Below, one piece after another: positions 30,186 through 38,580 of a DNA stretch of 64,000 nt. Source of the stretch: Bdellovibrionales bacterium (lineage in GTDB: Bacteria; Bdellovibrionota; Bdellovibrionia; Bdellovibrionales; UBA1609); contig JAWLHR010000007.1 of NCBI GenBank assembly GCA_041690295.1, positions 32,001-96,000 on the forward strand. Direction: 5' to 3'. Made by a program: the position numbers and the translations under genes. Position 1 is the stretch's first letter, and each line of letters starts with the position of its first letter. The notes beneath the pieces are model-generated. The model was not told the origin of the DNA, made no database searches, and saw only the letters and a program-made list of their open reading frames with translations.

Positions 30186-31130
30186 TCAGCCTCCGCTGAT
30201 GATCACTTTTCCGTCTTTTCCCTTCATGGTCGAGCACTTTGTGGCGTTCGGGGCCGCACCGCCGGAGTCGGCTTCACCGAGACCGCCTTTGCCTGTGTCA
30301 TCAGGTTGAGGATTGCCGGGGTTTTCCTGGCTACCGTTTTGTGAACTGCCACCCGAGGGGACAAGGCAGGCTCCGCCGCCACCACCACCTCCCATGTCGT
30401 TGTTGAAAGCGTTGGCGCCGTTCTGTCCGCATCCGGGGCCGCCGCCCGCGGCATAGCCGGTGAATCCGCCCTCGTCATCGTTGGAGCCGCCACCACCGCC
30501 GCCGGCGATCAGCAGATCGGTGCTGCCGCGCTTGATACCTGAGGCGCCCCCGCCGGCCCCACCGCCCCCGCCGTTACCAACCGTGCTGTTGTTTTTCGTA
30601 CCGCCCCCGCCGCCGCCATACTTTCCCGCGGCTCCGTTGAATCCCGCACCCATTCCGGTTCCCCCAGCGCCACCGGATCCTGTGCCTCCACCGGCCTGTG
30701 GCGCCTGGGTGCCGAGCGCTCCGGCGCCCCCGGAATAAATACCGGTGCCACCGGGCGGACGGCTCGAACCGTTACACCAACCGCCGGTGCCACCTTTTCC
30801 GACGTAAACCGCGAGAGTTTCTCCGGGAGTGGCGGTTAAGGTCGCGGTGACATATCCGCCGCCGCCGCCTTTTCCGCCTTTTGCATTATTATTTTTATCG
30901 CCGTAGCCACCGCCGCCGCCTCCGCCCCAAGCTTGCACGGTGATCTGAGTGCAACCGGCGGGAACTTGCCAACTGAGATTATCGGAAGTGAATTCGGTCG
31001 AAAAGGGCGCGCAACCGCCTCCGCTTTGATCTTGCGTCCAAAATGCAAAAGGGAAGATGTTTTTGGCATAAAGAGCCGAGCTGAATCCGGCTAGTAACGT
31101 GATCATGAGAAACTGCAAATTCAACCTCAA
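30186..31130 (-). CDS. Exported glycine-rich-domain protein
   Basis: Signal peptide; WQVPAGCTQITVQAWGGGGGGG, TPGETLAVYVGKGG, LLIAGGGGG and GKDGKVII. Confidence 0.8.
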   Translation of the reverse strand: MRLNLQFLMITLLAGFSSALYAKNIFPFAFWTQDQSGGGCAPFSTEFTSDNLSWQVPAGCTQITVQAWGGGGGGGYGDKNNNAKGGKGGGGGYVTATLTATPGETLAVYVGKGGTGGWCNGSSRPPGGTGIYSGGAGALGTQAPQAGGGTGSGGAGGTGMGAGFNGAAGKYGGGGGGTKNNSTVGNGGGGGAGGGASGIKRGSTDLLIAGGGGGGSNDDEGGFTGYAAGGGPGCGQNGANAFNNDMGGGGGGGACLVPSGGSSQNGSQENPGNPQPDDTGKGGLGEADSGGAAPNATKCSTMKGKDGKVIISGG

Positions 31131-31267
31131 CGTCGTTCTATAAGGCTTAGAACTCTACCGGTGAAAACAAATTTACCATCGGGATTTGTCAGCGCGCAAA
31201 CCACTCCCGCAATTTCATTCGATAGTCTTGCGAACTTCAAAGCACTGCGTTTTCGTGCGGGAGGGCT

Positions 31268-31918
31268 TTAGAAGGTGGCGTTCATTCTCAGTGTGGCATT
31301 GAACGCTCGGCGATCAATGGAATCAGAGACCATTGAGGATCGATAAGAAACGTCAGGACCAAAGGTGAGATTGTGGGTGACTTTTCTTTCGACGCCCAGA
31401 AAGAAAGTGCTGGCCGGGGTGGACGACGCATACTCATTCCGGAACTCACCGCTACGCGCGCTCAATTGCAGGTCGCGCGCGGCGAAGCCGCCACCCAACC
31501 GGAAGTTCATTTTGTCGTTGACCATGGGTAAGAACACCACACGGAGTTCGAATTCCTTTAAATCGGCGCTGACACCCGAGGCGATGGGTTCTTTGGCGTA
31601 CGTACGAAATAAAAATTCCGCGCGCGCTTTACGCGAGAAAATGTTCATGCCGACGTGGGCTTCGATTCCTTTAAGAATACCCGACCCGGAAATGCCGTCG
31701 GGAGTTTCAAAGCTCAAAGTTTCGGCCGTGAGCCCCATTCCCGCGTGGAGGGCGACGGCTTCCCATTCCAGATCGCTTTCCGGCTTCGTTGGTTGTTCGG
31801 CCGTGGCGCGGAGTTCGGCGACGATATCGTCGTAACTGGTATAGGACTCCTCGTCCGCCGCGACATTGGTCGAGCCGAGAAGAATCAAAACAAGTATCAT
31901 CGTTCGTGGCGATAACAT
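31268..31918 (-). CDS. Outer-membrane beta-barrel hypothetical protein
   Basis: Signal peptide and C-terminal RMNATF; GGGGG RBS and TAGAAT upstream. Confidence 0.7.
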   Translation of the reverse strand: MLSPRTMILVLILLGSTNVAADEESYTSYDDIVAELRATAEQPTKPESDLEWEAVALHAGMGLTAETLSFETPDGISGSGILKGIEAHVGMNIFSRKARAEFLFRTYAKEPIASGVSADLKEFELRVVFLPMVNDKMNFRLGGGFAARDLQLSARSGEFRNEYASSTPASTFFLGVERKVTHNLTFGPDVSYRSSMVSDSIDRRAFNATLRMNATF

Positions 31919-31990
31919 GTAAAAACCCCCACGTTTTATTCTAGCAAAACTCGTCTTTTCTGAAAGATCCCGTCCTGTAGAATAGGACCT

Positions 31991-32458
31991 ATGAAACATG
32001 TTTTCCGCCGTCGCGAACAACGATACTGCGCTTATTGCCGAAGTCCGCGGAAGGTGTACGTGAAAAAACATCTTGGTCTGACCAACGTCTTGGCCGCGGC
32101 GATGCTCTCGTCGGTGATCAGTTTCGCTCTGTATGGCAAGGCGGACCCTCGCTCGCTAATGATTTTTTGTTTAGTCTGCGGCTTTAGCGAGGTGTTCATT
32201 TACGTGCGCTGGCGGGTGGGCGTGGTGTGCACGATGTGCGGCTTCGATCCGGTCATTTACAAGCGCTCTCCCGAACAGGCGGCCCGGCGCGTGCGGGAAT
32301 TCTTTTACGAGCATATGGATGATCCGCGCTTTCAACTCACCAAGTCCCCATTGCTGGAATGGCATCGCCGGCTCCGGCAGGCTCAGCGCAAAAAAATGGC
32401 TCTACGTTCTTCAGTTGTGGCCAGCAAAGCCCCTGTGGTAGACCCTAAGGGACCATGA
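31991..32458 (+). CDS. Hypothetical membrane protein with two CxxC pairs
   Basis: CAYC, two TM segments, then CTMCGFDP. Confidence 0.7.
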   Translation: MKHVFRRREQRYCAYCRSPRKVYVKKHLGLTNVLAAAMLSSVISFALYGKADPRSLMIFCLVCGFSEVFIYVRWRVGVVCTMCGFDPVIYKRSPEQAARRVREFFYEHMDDPRFQLTKSPLLEWHRRLRQAQRKKMALRSSVVASKAPVVDPKGP

Positions 32459-33156
32459 AATCCCTTGTCGTGATTCCGACATATAACGAACGAGACAACA
32501 TCGGGGAACTCACTCGGGAAATTCATCGATTGCTGCCAGATGTCGATATTCTGGTGGTCGACGATAATTCACCCGACGGGACTCAGGACGTTGTGCGCGA
32601 ATGCCAGGCGACCGACTCGCGCCTTCATCTCTTGCCGAGGAAGGGGAAAGAAGGGCTTGGAAAAGCCTATCTGGCGGGCTTTCGCTGGGGATTGGAGCGC
32701 GGTTACGAGGCGATCGTTGAAATGGACGCGGATTTTTCCCATCGTCCCGTGGATCTGAAGAAAGTTCTGGCGGCTCTTCCGGATCATGATTTTGTCGTGG
32801 GATCCCGATGGGTGCCGGGCGGACAAACCGTGAACTGGGGATTGGGTCGAAAGCTGATCAGTCGCGGCGGCTCCTTTTATACGCGTCAAATTTTGCGCTA
32901 TCCCTTGCGTGATTGGACGGGCGGTTTTAATGCCTGGAAAGCCAGCACCTTGCGAAAGATTGGGTTGGAATCAGTCCGTTCTGAAGGCTATAGTTTTCAA
33001 ATTGAATTAAAGTATAGGGCATTGAGAATTGGTTTGCGCGGGATTGAAGTTCCTATCATTTTTGAAGACCGACGAGTGGGGCAAAGTAAAATGTCGTCGC
33101 GGATCGTTATCGAAGCTCTTCATCGCGTTTGGGGTTTGCGCCGTATTTCTTTGTGA
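32455..33156 (+). CDS. Polyprenol monophosphomannose synthase-like GT2
   Basis: IPTYNE, VDDNSPDGT, MDADFSH and GYSFQIE motifs. Confidence 0.93.
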   Translation: MKSLVVIPTYNERDNIGELTREIHRLLPDVDILVVDDNSPDGTQDVVRECQATDSRLHLLPRKGKEGLGKAYLAGFRWGLERGYEAIVEMDADFSHRPVDLKKVLAALPDHDFVVGSRWVPGGQTVNWGLGRKLISRGGSFYTRQILRYPLRDWTGGFNAWKASTLRKIGLESVRSEGYSFQIELKYRALRIGLRGIEVPIIFEDRRVGQSKMSSRIVIEALHRVWGLRRISL

Positions 33157-34006
33157 GTTCTCCGCTCACGCCCAGAAAAAAAAACCACAGCGAAAAAGCA
33201 CCCGATTGCCCGCGGTGCGCGCCACGGTCGTCAGTGACGGGGCCGCGGTTTACGAAAAGCCGGATTTCGATTCCAAAGTCATCGATTTCGTTCCCTATAA
33301 CACCAAAGTGATCGTTTCCAAGCGCGCGTTCGCGGGCGTCGAGGGTCTTGGTTTGTTCCATCGCGTTCGGGTCCGCGGAAAACTGGGTTATATTCCCGAC
33401 ACCGATATTCGGGTGGCTGAGAGCGCGCGGGAAAAAGTTCCGGAAAAAGTTTTGGAACGCACGCGTTCCAAGGCGTGGGAGCCGGAAGAACAAGAAGTTC
33501 TCGGCCAAGCGCCCATTTATATGACCCGCTACCTCGGTGGCGCCGTGGCTCGGGTGAATTTCACCGAAAAATTCTCCGGGCGTAAGTTAAGTGATCAGAT
33601 CACCATGTATGGTTTGCGCATGACCGGCCCGGGAGCGTTATTCGATGGTCCGCCGCTCGATGTGAATCTGTGGTTCTCGATGGAGAAGCCCGGTTATTAC
33701 GATATATTTTCAACCAACTTCAGCGGCTTCCTGCTTTTCGGCGACGTCATGGCGATGATGCCTTTGATCAGTCATGACAAATTCGTTGTGAATTACGGCT
33801 TGGGTTTGATGTGGACGTTCACCAAATTCCGCTTGCAAATCCGCGGTGAGAATACGGACTCGCTGGAAGTTCGCGTCGGTGTCAATGCCGGATTGGGTGC
33901 CGCTTACCGTATCGCCAAGAAATTTCTTCTTCGGGGCGACGTGAAATATTATTACGAGAAAACCGGTTATCCGGGATTTCTCTTGAGCCTGCAAACGGAG
34001 TACTAA
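33062..34006 (+). CDS. SH3b-like domain plus outer-membrane beta-barrel protein
   Basis: Signal peptide SAHA; GAAVYEKPDFDSKVI..GYIPD (SH3b-like); C-terminal barrel. Start is uncertain. Confidence 0.7.
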   Translation: MKTDEWGKVKCRRGSLSKLFIAFGVCAVFLCEFSAHAQKKKPQRKSTRLPAVRATVVSDGAAVYEKPDFDSKVIDFVPYNTKVIVSKRAFAGVEGLGLFHRVRVRGKLGYIPDTDIRVAESAREKVPEKVLERTRSKAWEPEEQEVLGQAPIYMTRYLGGAVARVNFTEKFSGRKLSDQITMYGLRMTGPGALFDGPPLDVNLWFSMEKPGYYDIFSTNFSGFLLFGDVMAMMPLISHDKFVVNYGLGLMWTFTKFRLQIRGENTDSLEVRVGVNAGLGAAYRIAKKFLLRGDVKYYYEKTGYPGFLLSLQTEY

Positions 34007-35772
34007 TGGCCATTCGGATTTTAACCGGTGAGGTGATTGACCAGATCGCGGCGGGTGAAGTGCTTGAGCGGCCCGCCAATCTGGTCAAGGAATTGGTGGA
34101 AAACAGTCTCGATGCCGGAGCTGATCAAGTTGAAGTTGAATATGATGACGGCGGCCGCTCCGTCACGGTCATGGATAACGGCCGCGGCATGAATCGCGAA
34201 GACCTTAAGCTTTCGGTGCAACGTCACGCCACCAGCAAAATTCAGGCAAGCGATGATCTTTTTCGTCTGGCCACATACGGTTTTCGAGGTGAAGCGTTGG
34301 CCAGCATCGCGGGCGTGAGTGAGATGTCGATCACGTCACGCCATTCGGATGCGGATCAGGGTTTTCGCTTGCGCGTGCGTTTCGGTCAGGCGGATGATGC
34401 CATGGCGGTTTCAAGCCGCGTGGGCACCACGGTTCAAGTCCGGGATCTTTTCGCCAACGTGCCGGCGCGTTTGAGTTTCTTAAAGAGTGAATCCGCGGAA
34501 CACGGTCAAATTCGATCAACGCTGAAGGCGATGGCGCTGGCGCGCGAAGATGTGGCGTTCACCTTGCGCTCAAAAGGTGAATTGGTGGCCCATTGGCCGA
34601 AAAACCAAAGTTTCAATGAGCGCGTGCGGGATGTTTTGCAAAACCAGAACATGTTTCTCGCGCAAGGTGAGAACAAGGGCATTCGCGTCGAAGCCGCGTT
34701 CTCATCGCCGAGGGACACTCAGGCGGTCAATCGTCATCTTTGGTTTTTCGTTCAAGGGCGATGGGTTCAGGATCGGGCGCTGAGCGTCGCGGTTATGGAA
34801 GCCTATCGAAATCTTCTCATGCATGGAGAGTATCCGACGGCCGTGGTTCGTATCGAGCTGGATCCCGCCGATGTGGATGTGAATGTTCATCCCACCAAAG
34901 CCCAGGTTAAATTCAAAAACCCGCAGGATGTTTTTCGGGCGGTGAGTTCCACGATTCGCTCGGCTTTGGAAAAAGCGCCCTGGTTGCCGGAAAAGACCGC
35001 TGAGCCTACGGTCACGGCCTTTAAACCCAAAGCGGAAGGGGGCACGACTTTAAGTTTTACCGCGCCCGAATTCCGACAAACTCAGTATTCACAAAAAATG
35101 TTCCCGCTGGCCATGGTGAGGGAAGCCATTGCGGATTCTCCTAAAGTCTCATCCGCGGCGACGCCCAATCAGCCCGCCACGGAGTTTCGTTGGCAGGATT
35201 TACAGATCATCGGTCAACTCCATTTAACCTATATCGTGGCTCAGGATTCGAATTCATATTATTTGATCGATCAGCACGCCGCCCACGAACGTGTGGTCTT
35301 TGAACGATTGATGGAATCGTTTAAGAATGGGCGCATGGATATCCAGAATCTTCTGATCCCGTTGACGTTGGATCTTTCCGAGGCCGAAATGCAAGCGCTA
35401 CTCAATGAGCGTGCGAACTTTGAGCGGCTCGGACTCACTTTGGATCGGCTTGGACCGGAAACTCTCGTTGTGCAAACCATGCCGTCGTTAATCAGTGAGA
35501 ACTCCGTCGCGGAGGCGTTGAAGAAAGCGGCTCATTCGCTTCATGAAGTCGGGGGTGGCGGATTTTTTGAGCGCGCCTGCGCCGATGTGTTCGCCACCAT
35601 GGCCTGCCATTCAGTGGTGCGGGCGGGTCAGGCCATGAGTTTTGAACAAATGGCGCAGCTTCTTCAGCAGATGGACGAATATCCGTTAAGCAGTTTCTGT
35701 CCTCATGGACGGCCCGTGTACATTCAAAAGCGCTTTTCCGAAGTGGAGCGGGAATTCGGCCGGATCACATGA
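34006..35772 (+). CDS. mutL: DNA mismatch repair endonuclease MutL
   Basis: IAAGEV, GFRGEAL, DQHAAHER, ACH and CPHGRP motifs. Confidence 0.98.
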   Translation: MAIRILTGEVIDQIAAGEVLERPANLVKELVENSLDAGADQVEVEYDDGGRSVTVMDNGRGMNREDLKLSVQRHATSKIQASDDLFRLATYGFRGEALASIAGVSEMSITSRHSDADQGFRLRVRFGQADDAMAVSSRVGTTVQVRDLFANVPARLSFLKSESAEHGQIRSTLKAMALAREDVAFTLRSKGELVAHWPKNQSFNERVRDVLQNQNMFLAQGENKGIRVEAAFSSPRDTQAVNRHLWFFVQGRWVQDRALSVAVMEAYRNLLMHGEYPTAVVRIELDPADVDVNVHPTKAQVKFKNPQDVFRAVSSTIRSALEKAPWLPEKTAEPTVTAFKPKAEGGTTLSFTAPEFRQTQYSQKMFPLAMVREAIADSPKVSSAATPNQPATEFRWQDLQIIGQLHLTYIVAQDSNSYYLIDQHAAHERVVFERLMESFKNGRMDIQNLLIPLTLDLSEAEMQALLNERANFERLGLTLDRLGPETLVVQTMPSLISENSVAEALKKAAHSLHEVGGGGFFERACADVFATMACHSVVRAGQAMSFEQMAQLLQQMDEYPLSSFCPHGRPVYIQKRFSEVEREFGRIT

Positions 35773-36698
35773 GCTTTCCGCTGATTTTCATAGTCGGACC
35801 AACGGCGTCGGGAAAATCCGGACTGGCCATGGCTTTGGCCGAACGGTTCAACGCGGGCATTTTGAATTGCGACAGCTTGCAGGTTTATCAGCGTCTCGAC
35901 ATCGGCACGGCCAAACCCACGCCTGAGGAGCGCGCCCGAGTGCCCCATTTTCTTTTTGATTTCGTTCCGCCAGGGGAGGTGCTCACCGCCGGCGATTACC
36001 GGCGTGAGGCTTTGAAAGTGCTCGATCAGGAACTCAAACAGCGAATGATTCTGGCCGTCGGCGGCAGTGGGTTTTATGTGCAGGCGCTCGAAAAAGGCAT
36101 GTTTGAAGTGGAAAAGCCTGATCCCGAAGTTGAGGCCGAAGTGCGGGAGCGTTTCGCCCGCCTTGGCGCCGAGAAAGCCTACGAGGAGCTTAAAAAGTTT
36201 GATCCTGAGTACGCCGAGGTGGTCAGCCCCAACGATCATTACCGGATCCTGCGCGCTTTGATCGTTAAGGAAACTTCGGGTCATAAAATGAGTGAACTGA
36301 GAAAGTCGTTCGCGGGACAGGGGCTGCCGTATCCGGTCTTGAAGTTAGGCGTTTCAATTTCCAAAGAGGAACTGCTTCCACGGGTGCGGGCGCGGGTTCG
36401 CGAAATGTTGCAAGCGGGCTGGTTGGATGAAGTCCAGCGCCTGCTCGATGAGGGCTGGGAGAACTGGCCCCCCATGAAAAGCGTGGGTTACAAGGAATGC
36501 GTCGAATTTTTGCGCGGCCGCCTTTCACGCGAGCGTCTTGAGCCTTTGATCGTGGAAAAGACCATGCAACTCGCCAAAAAGCAAAGAACCTGGTTCAAAC
36601 GTGATCAGGAAATTCATTGGCTGAATTCCCCAAATCTTCTCGATGAGGCCATAGAATGCGTCACGCGGTTTCTTGACCCGAAGATGGTCCAAGCGTAG
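35769..36698 (+). CDS. miaA: tRNA dimethylallyltransferase
   Basis: GPTASGKS, DSLQVY, DIGTAKP and AKKQRTWF motifs. Confidence 0.97.
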   Translation: MSFPLIFIVGPTASGKSGLAMALAERFNAGILNCDSLQVYQRLDIGTAKPTPEERARVPHFLFDFVPPGEVLTAGDYRREALKVLDQELKQRMILAVGGSGFYVQALEKGMFEVEKPDPEVEAEVRERFARLGAEKAYEELKKFDPEYAEVVSPNDHYRILRALIVKETSGHKMSELRKSFAGQGLPYPVLKLGVSISKEELLPRVRARVREMLQAGWLDEVQRLLDEGWENWPPMKSVGYKECVEFLRGRLSRERLEPLIVEKTMQLAKKQRTWFKRDQEIHWLNSPNLLDEAIECVTRFLDPKMVQA

Positions 36699-36707
36699 AA
36701 ATTTTTT

Positions 36708-37580
36708 ATGAAGAGCATGACGGGATATGGATCGAGCCAGGCGAAGAATGCGCGGCTCGAGCTTGAAGTACACGTGAAATCGGTCAACGGCCGGTTTCTT
36801 GAACTTCGATTCCATTTGCCCAAGGAATACGCCCCGTTTGAGAACGATTTCAGAAAGGTCTTCGCCGGTTGGTCGCGGGGAACCATCGATATTTACGTTC
36901 ATCGTAAACCCGGTTTGGAGGCGAAACTCCAGAGCACGCGGATCCGTAAGGAGCAGGCCGAGTACTGGGCGGTTCAACTGAAAAAGCTGGCCCGGTCACT
37001 GGGTCTGTCTCCCGAGATTTCGATTCGCGACATTTTGCAAATGCCGTTCGTGATCGAGCATCAGGAACGCAATGGCGTGCAATCCGCCGAATTGAAATTG
37101 GTCGAGCAGCATCTGCGCAAAGCCGTGCAGAAAGCCGACGAATTTCGCCGGCGCGAAGGAGCGATGCTGAAGAAGGAAGTATTAGGTTTGCTCAAGCAAC
37201 TGGAAGCCCGCGTGGAAGAGATGTCCACTTGGCGGGAAGAGGCGATGAAGAGTTCCCATCAACGCTTGAAATCCCGGTTGGCCGCCTTGGATTCGGAAAA
37301 TCTCGATGCCTCGCGCCTGGCGCTTGAGACCGCGCTTCTCATCGACAAAATGGACGTGCACGAAGAAGTGGTCCGGCTGCGGGAGCACATCAAGGCCTGT
37401 CGCGCTCTGGTGGGCAACGGCGAGGCGAAAGGCAAAAAGCTCGATTTTTACTGTCAGGAGCTCTTGCGTGAGGTGAATACGATCGGCTCGAAATCCCAGC
37501 TTTCGACGCTGACCCAATCCGTGGTGGACGCCAAATCGTTGATCGAAAAATTCAGAGAACAGGTGCAAAACATAGAATGA
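36708..37580 (+). CDS. yicC: YicC/YloC family endoribonuclease
   Basis: MKSMTGYG, SVNGRF, GKKLDF..QELLREVNTIGSK and REQVQNIE motifs. Confidence 0.95.
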   Translation: MKSMTGYGSSQAKNARLELEVHVKSVNGRFLELRFHLPKEYAPFENDFRKVFAGWSRGTIDIYVHRKPGLEAKLQSTRIRKEQAEYWAVQLKKLARSLGLSPEISIRDILQMPFVIEHQERNGVQSAELKLVEQHLRKAVQKADEFRRREGAMLKKEVLGLLKQLEARVEEMSTWREEAMKSSHQRLKSRLAALDSENLDASRLALETALLIDKMDVHEEVVRLREHIKACRALVGNGEAKGKKLDFYCQELLREVNTIGSKSQLSTLTQSVVDAKSLIEKFREQVQNIE

Positions 37581-38146
37581 GCAAAAGAAAATCGATTCTC
37601 ATCATTGGACCGACAGCGGTGGGTAAATCCACTTTGCTCACTCAAGCGCTCAAGGACTTTCCCGACGAGCTCAGGGAAATCATAACCTACACCACGCGCA
37701 GTCCCCGGGCCGGCGAATCAGAAGGTGATCCGTACCATTTCGTGACGGAAGAAAAGTTCCGCGAACTTCTGGCTAAGAATTTCTTTATCGAGCACGCCGT
37801 GGTCCACGGGCTTCTCTACGGCACCCCCCGGGATCAGGTGGACCTGACCCACCAGGCAAACAAAACCGTGATCATGGATATTGACGTGCAAGGGGCCAAG
37901 AAATTCCGCGAGGCTTATCCCGAGGCGGTGACGGTGTTTATTTTGCCCCCATCTATTGATGTATTGCGTCAAAGATTTCGAGCACGGGGGGCCACCGATG
38001 AGGCCGACCTTGAGCGAAGAATTGAAAGTGCGCACCGGGAACTGGCCCAGGCTGAGGATTTTGACTACCGGATCGTGAACAATGACTTCCAATCGGCCTA
38101 TGCCGAACTGCGAAAAATCATTGAAGATCTGCTGAAAAATCAATAA
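37577..38146 (+). CDS. gmk: Guanylate kinase
   Basis: GPTAVGKST, YTTRSPR, YGTP and DIDVQG motifs. Confidence 0.96.
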   Translation: MSKRKSILIIGPTAVGKSTLLTQALKDFPDELREIITYTTRSPRAGESEGDPYHFVTEEKFRELLAKNFFIEHAVVHGLLYGTPRDQVDLTHQANKTVIMDIDVQGAKKFREAYPEAVTVFILPPSIDVLRQRFRARGATDEADLERRIESAHRELAQAEDFDYRIVNNDFQSAYAELRKIIEDLLKNQ

Positions 38147-38198
38147 TGTAGTGCATTCATTTCCGGCCGGAGGGCCGGTTAAACCAGAGGAGTCCGTC

Positions 38199-38447
38199 GT
38201 GGCCCGTATTACTGTAGAAGATTGTTTGGACAAAGTTGCCAATCGTTTCGCTTTGGTGCTTTTGGTCGCCAAAAGAACGAAACAGTTGATGAAAGGTGAC
38301 ACGTGTACGGCTCCCGGGAAGAACAATAAGAACGTGGTGAATGCTCTTCGCGAAGTGGCCGCGGGAACGGTTTATTTCGATACAACGGACTCTCAAGGAT
38401 TGAGCCCAGACCAACAGGTGCAACGGGATTTGGCCGGCCGTCAGTAA
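38199..38447 (+). CDS. rpoZ: RNA polymerase omega subunit
   Basis: MARITVEDC..NRFALV..ALREVA; GAGGAG RBS before a GTG start. Confidence 0.95.
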   Translation: MARITVEDCLDKVANRFALVLLVAKRTKQLMKGDTCTAPGKNNKNVVNALREVAAGTVYFDTTDSQGLSPDQQVQRDLAGRQ

Positions 38448-38448
38448 A

Positions 38449-38570
38449 GGGGTTGTTTCCTCTCGAGTCCAGGGCTGAAAATTCCGTCAAGTGTAAGGTA
38501 AACTACACTGCACTGATGGATAAGCAGCACGAGCTGGCCGAACCATCGGCCACCCCGGCAGGAAGGACTT
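38449..38570 (+). ncRNA. Candidate structured RNA in the rpoZ-rel/spoT intergenic region
   Basis: Nested complementary segments plus a 7-bp side hairpin, read by eye. No family assigned. Confidence 0.4.
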
Positions 38571-38580
38571 GTTAGTATCA

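Noticed and set aside
36698..37580. Absence of hfq after miaA and of remA between yicC and gmk
   Set aside because: Common lineage-level gene-order variation; not informative from one window.
38449..38533. TPP riboswitch call
   Set aside because: It lacks UGAGA and the P5 helix, and the downstream gene is unrelated to thiamine. Kept only as an unassigned structured RNA.
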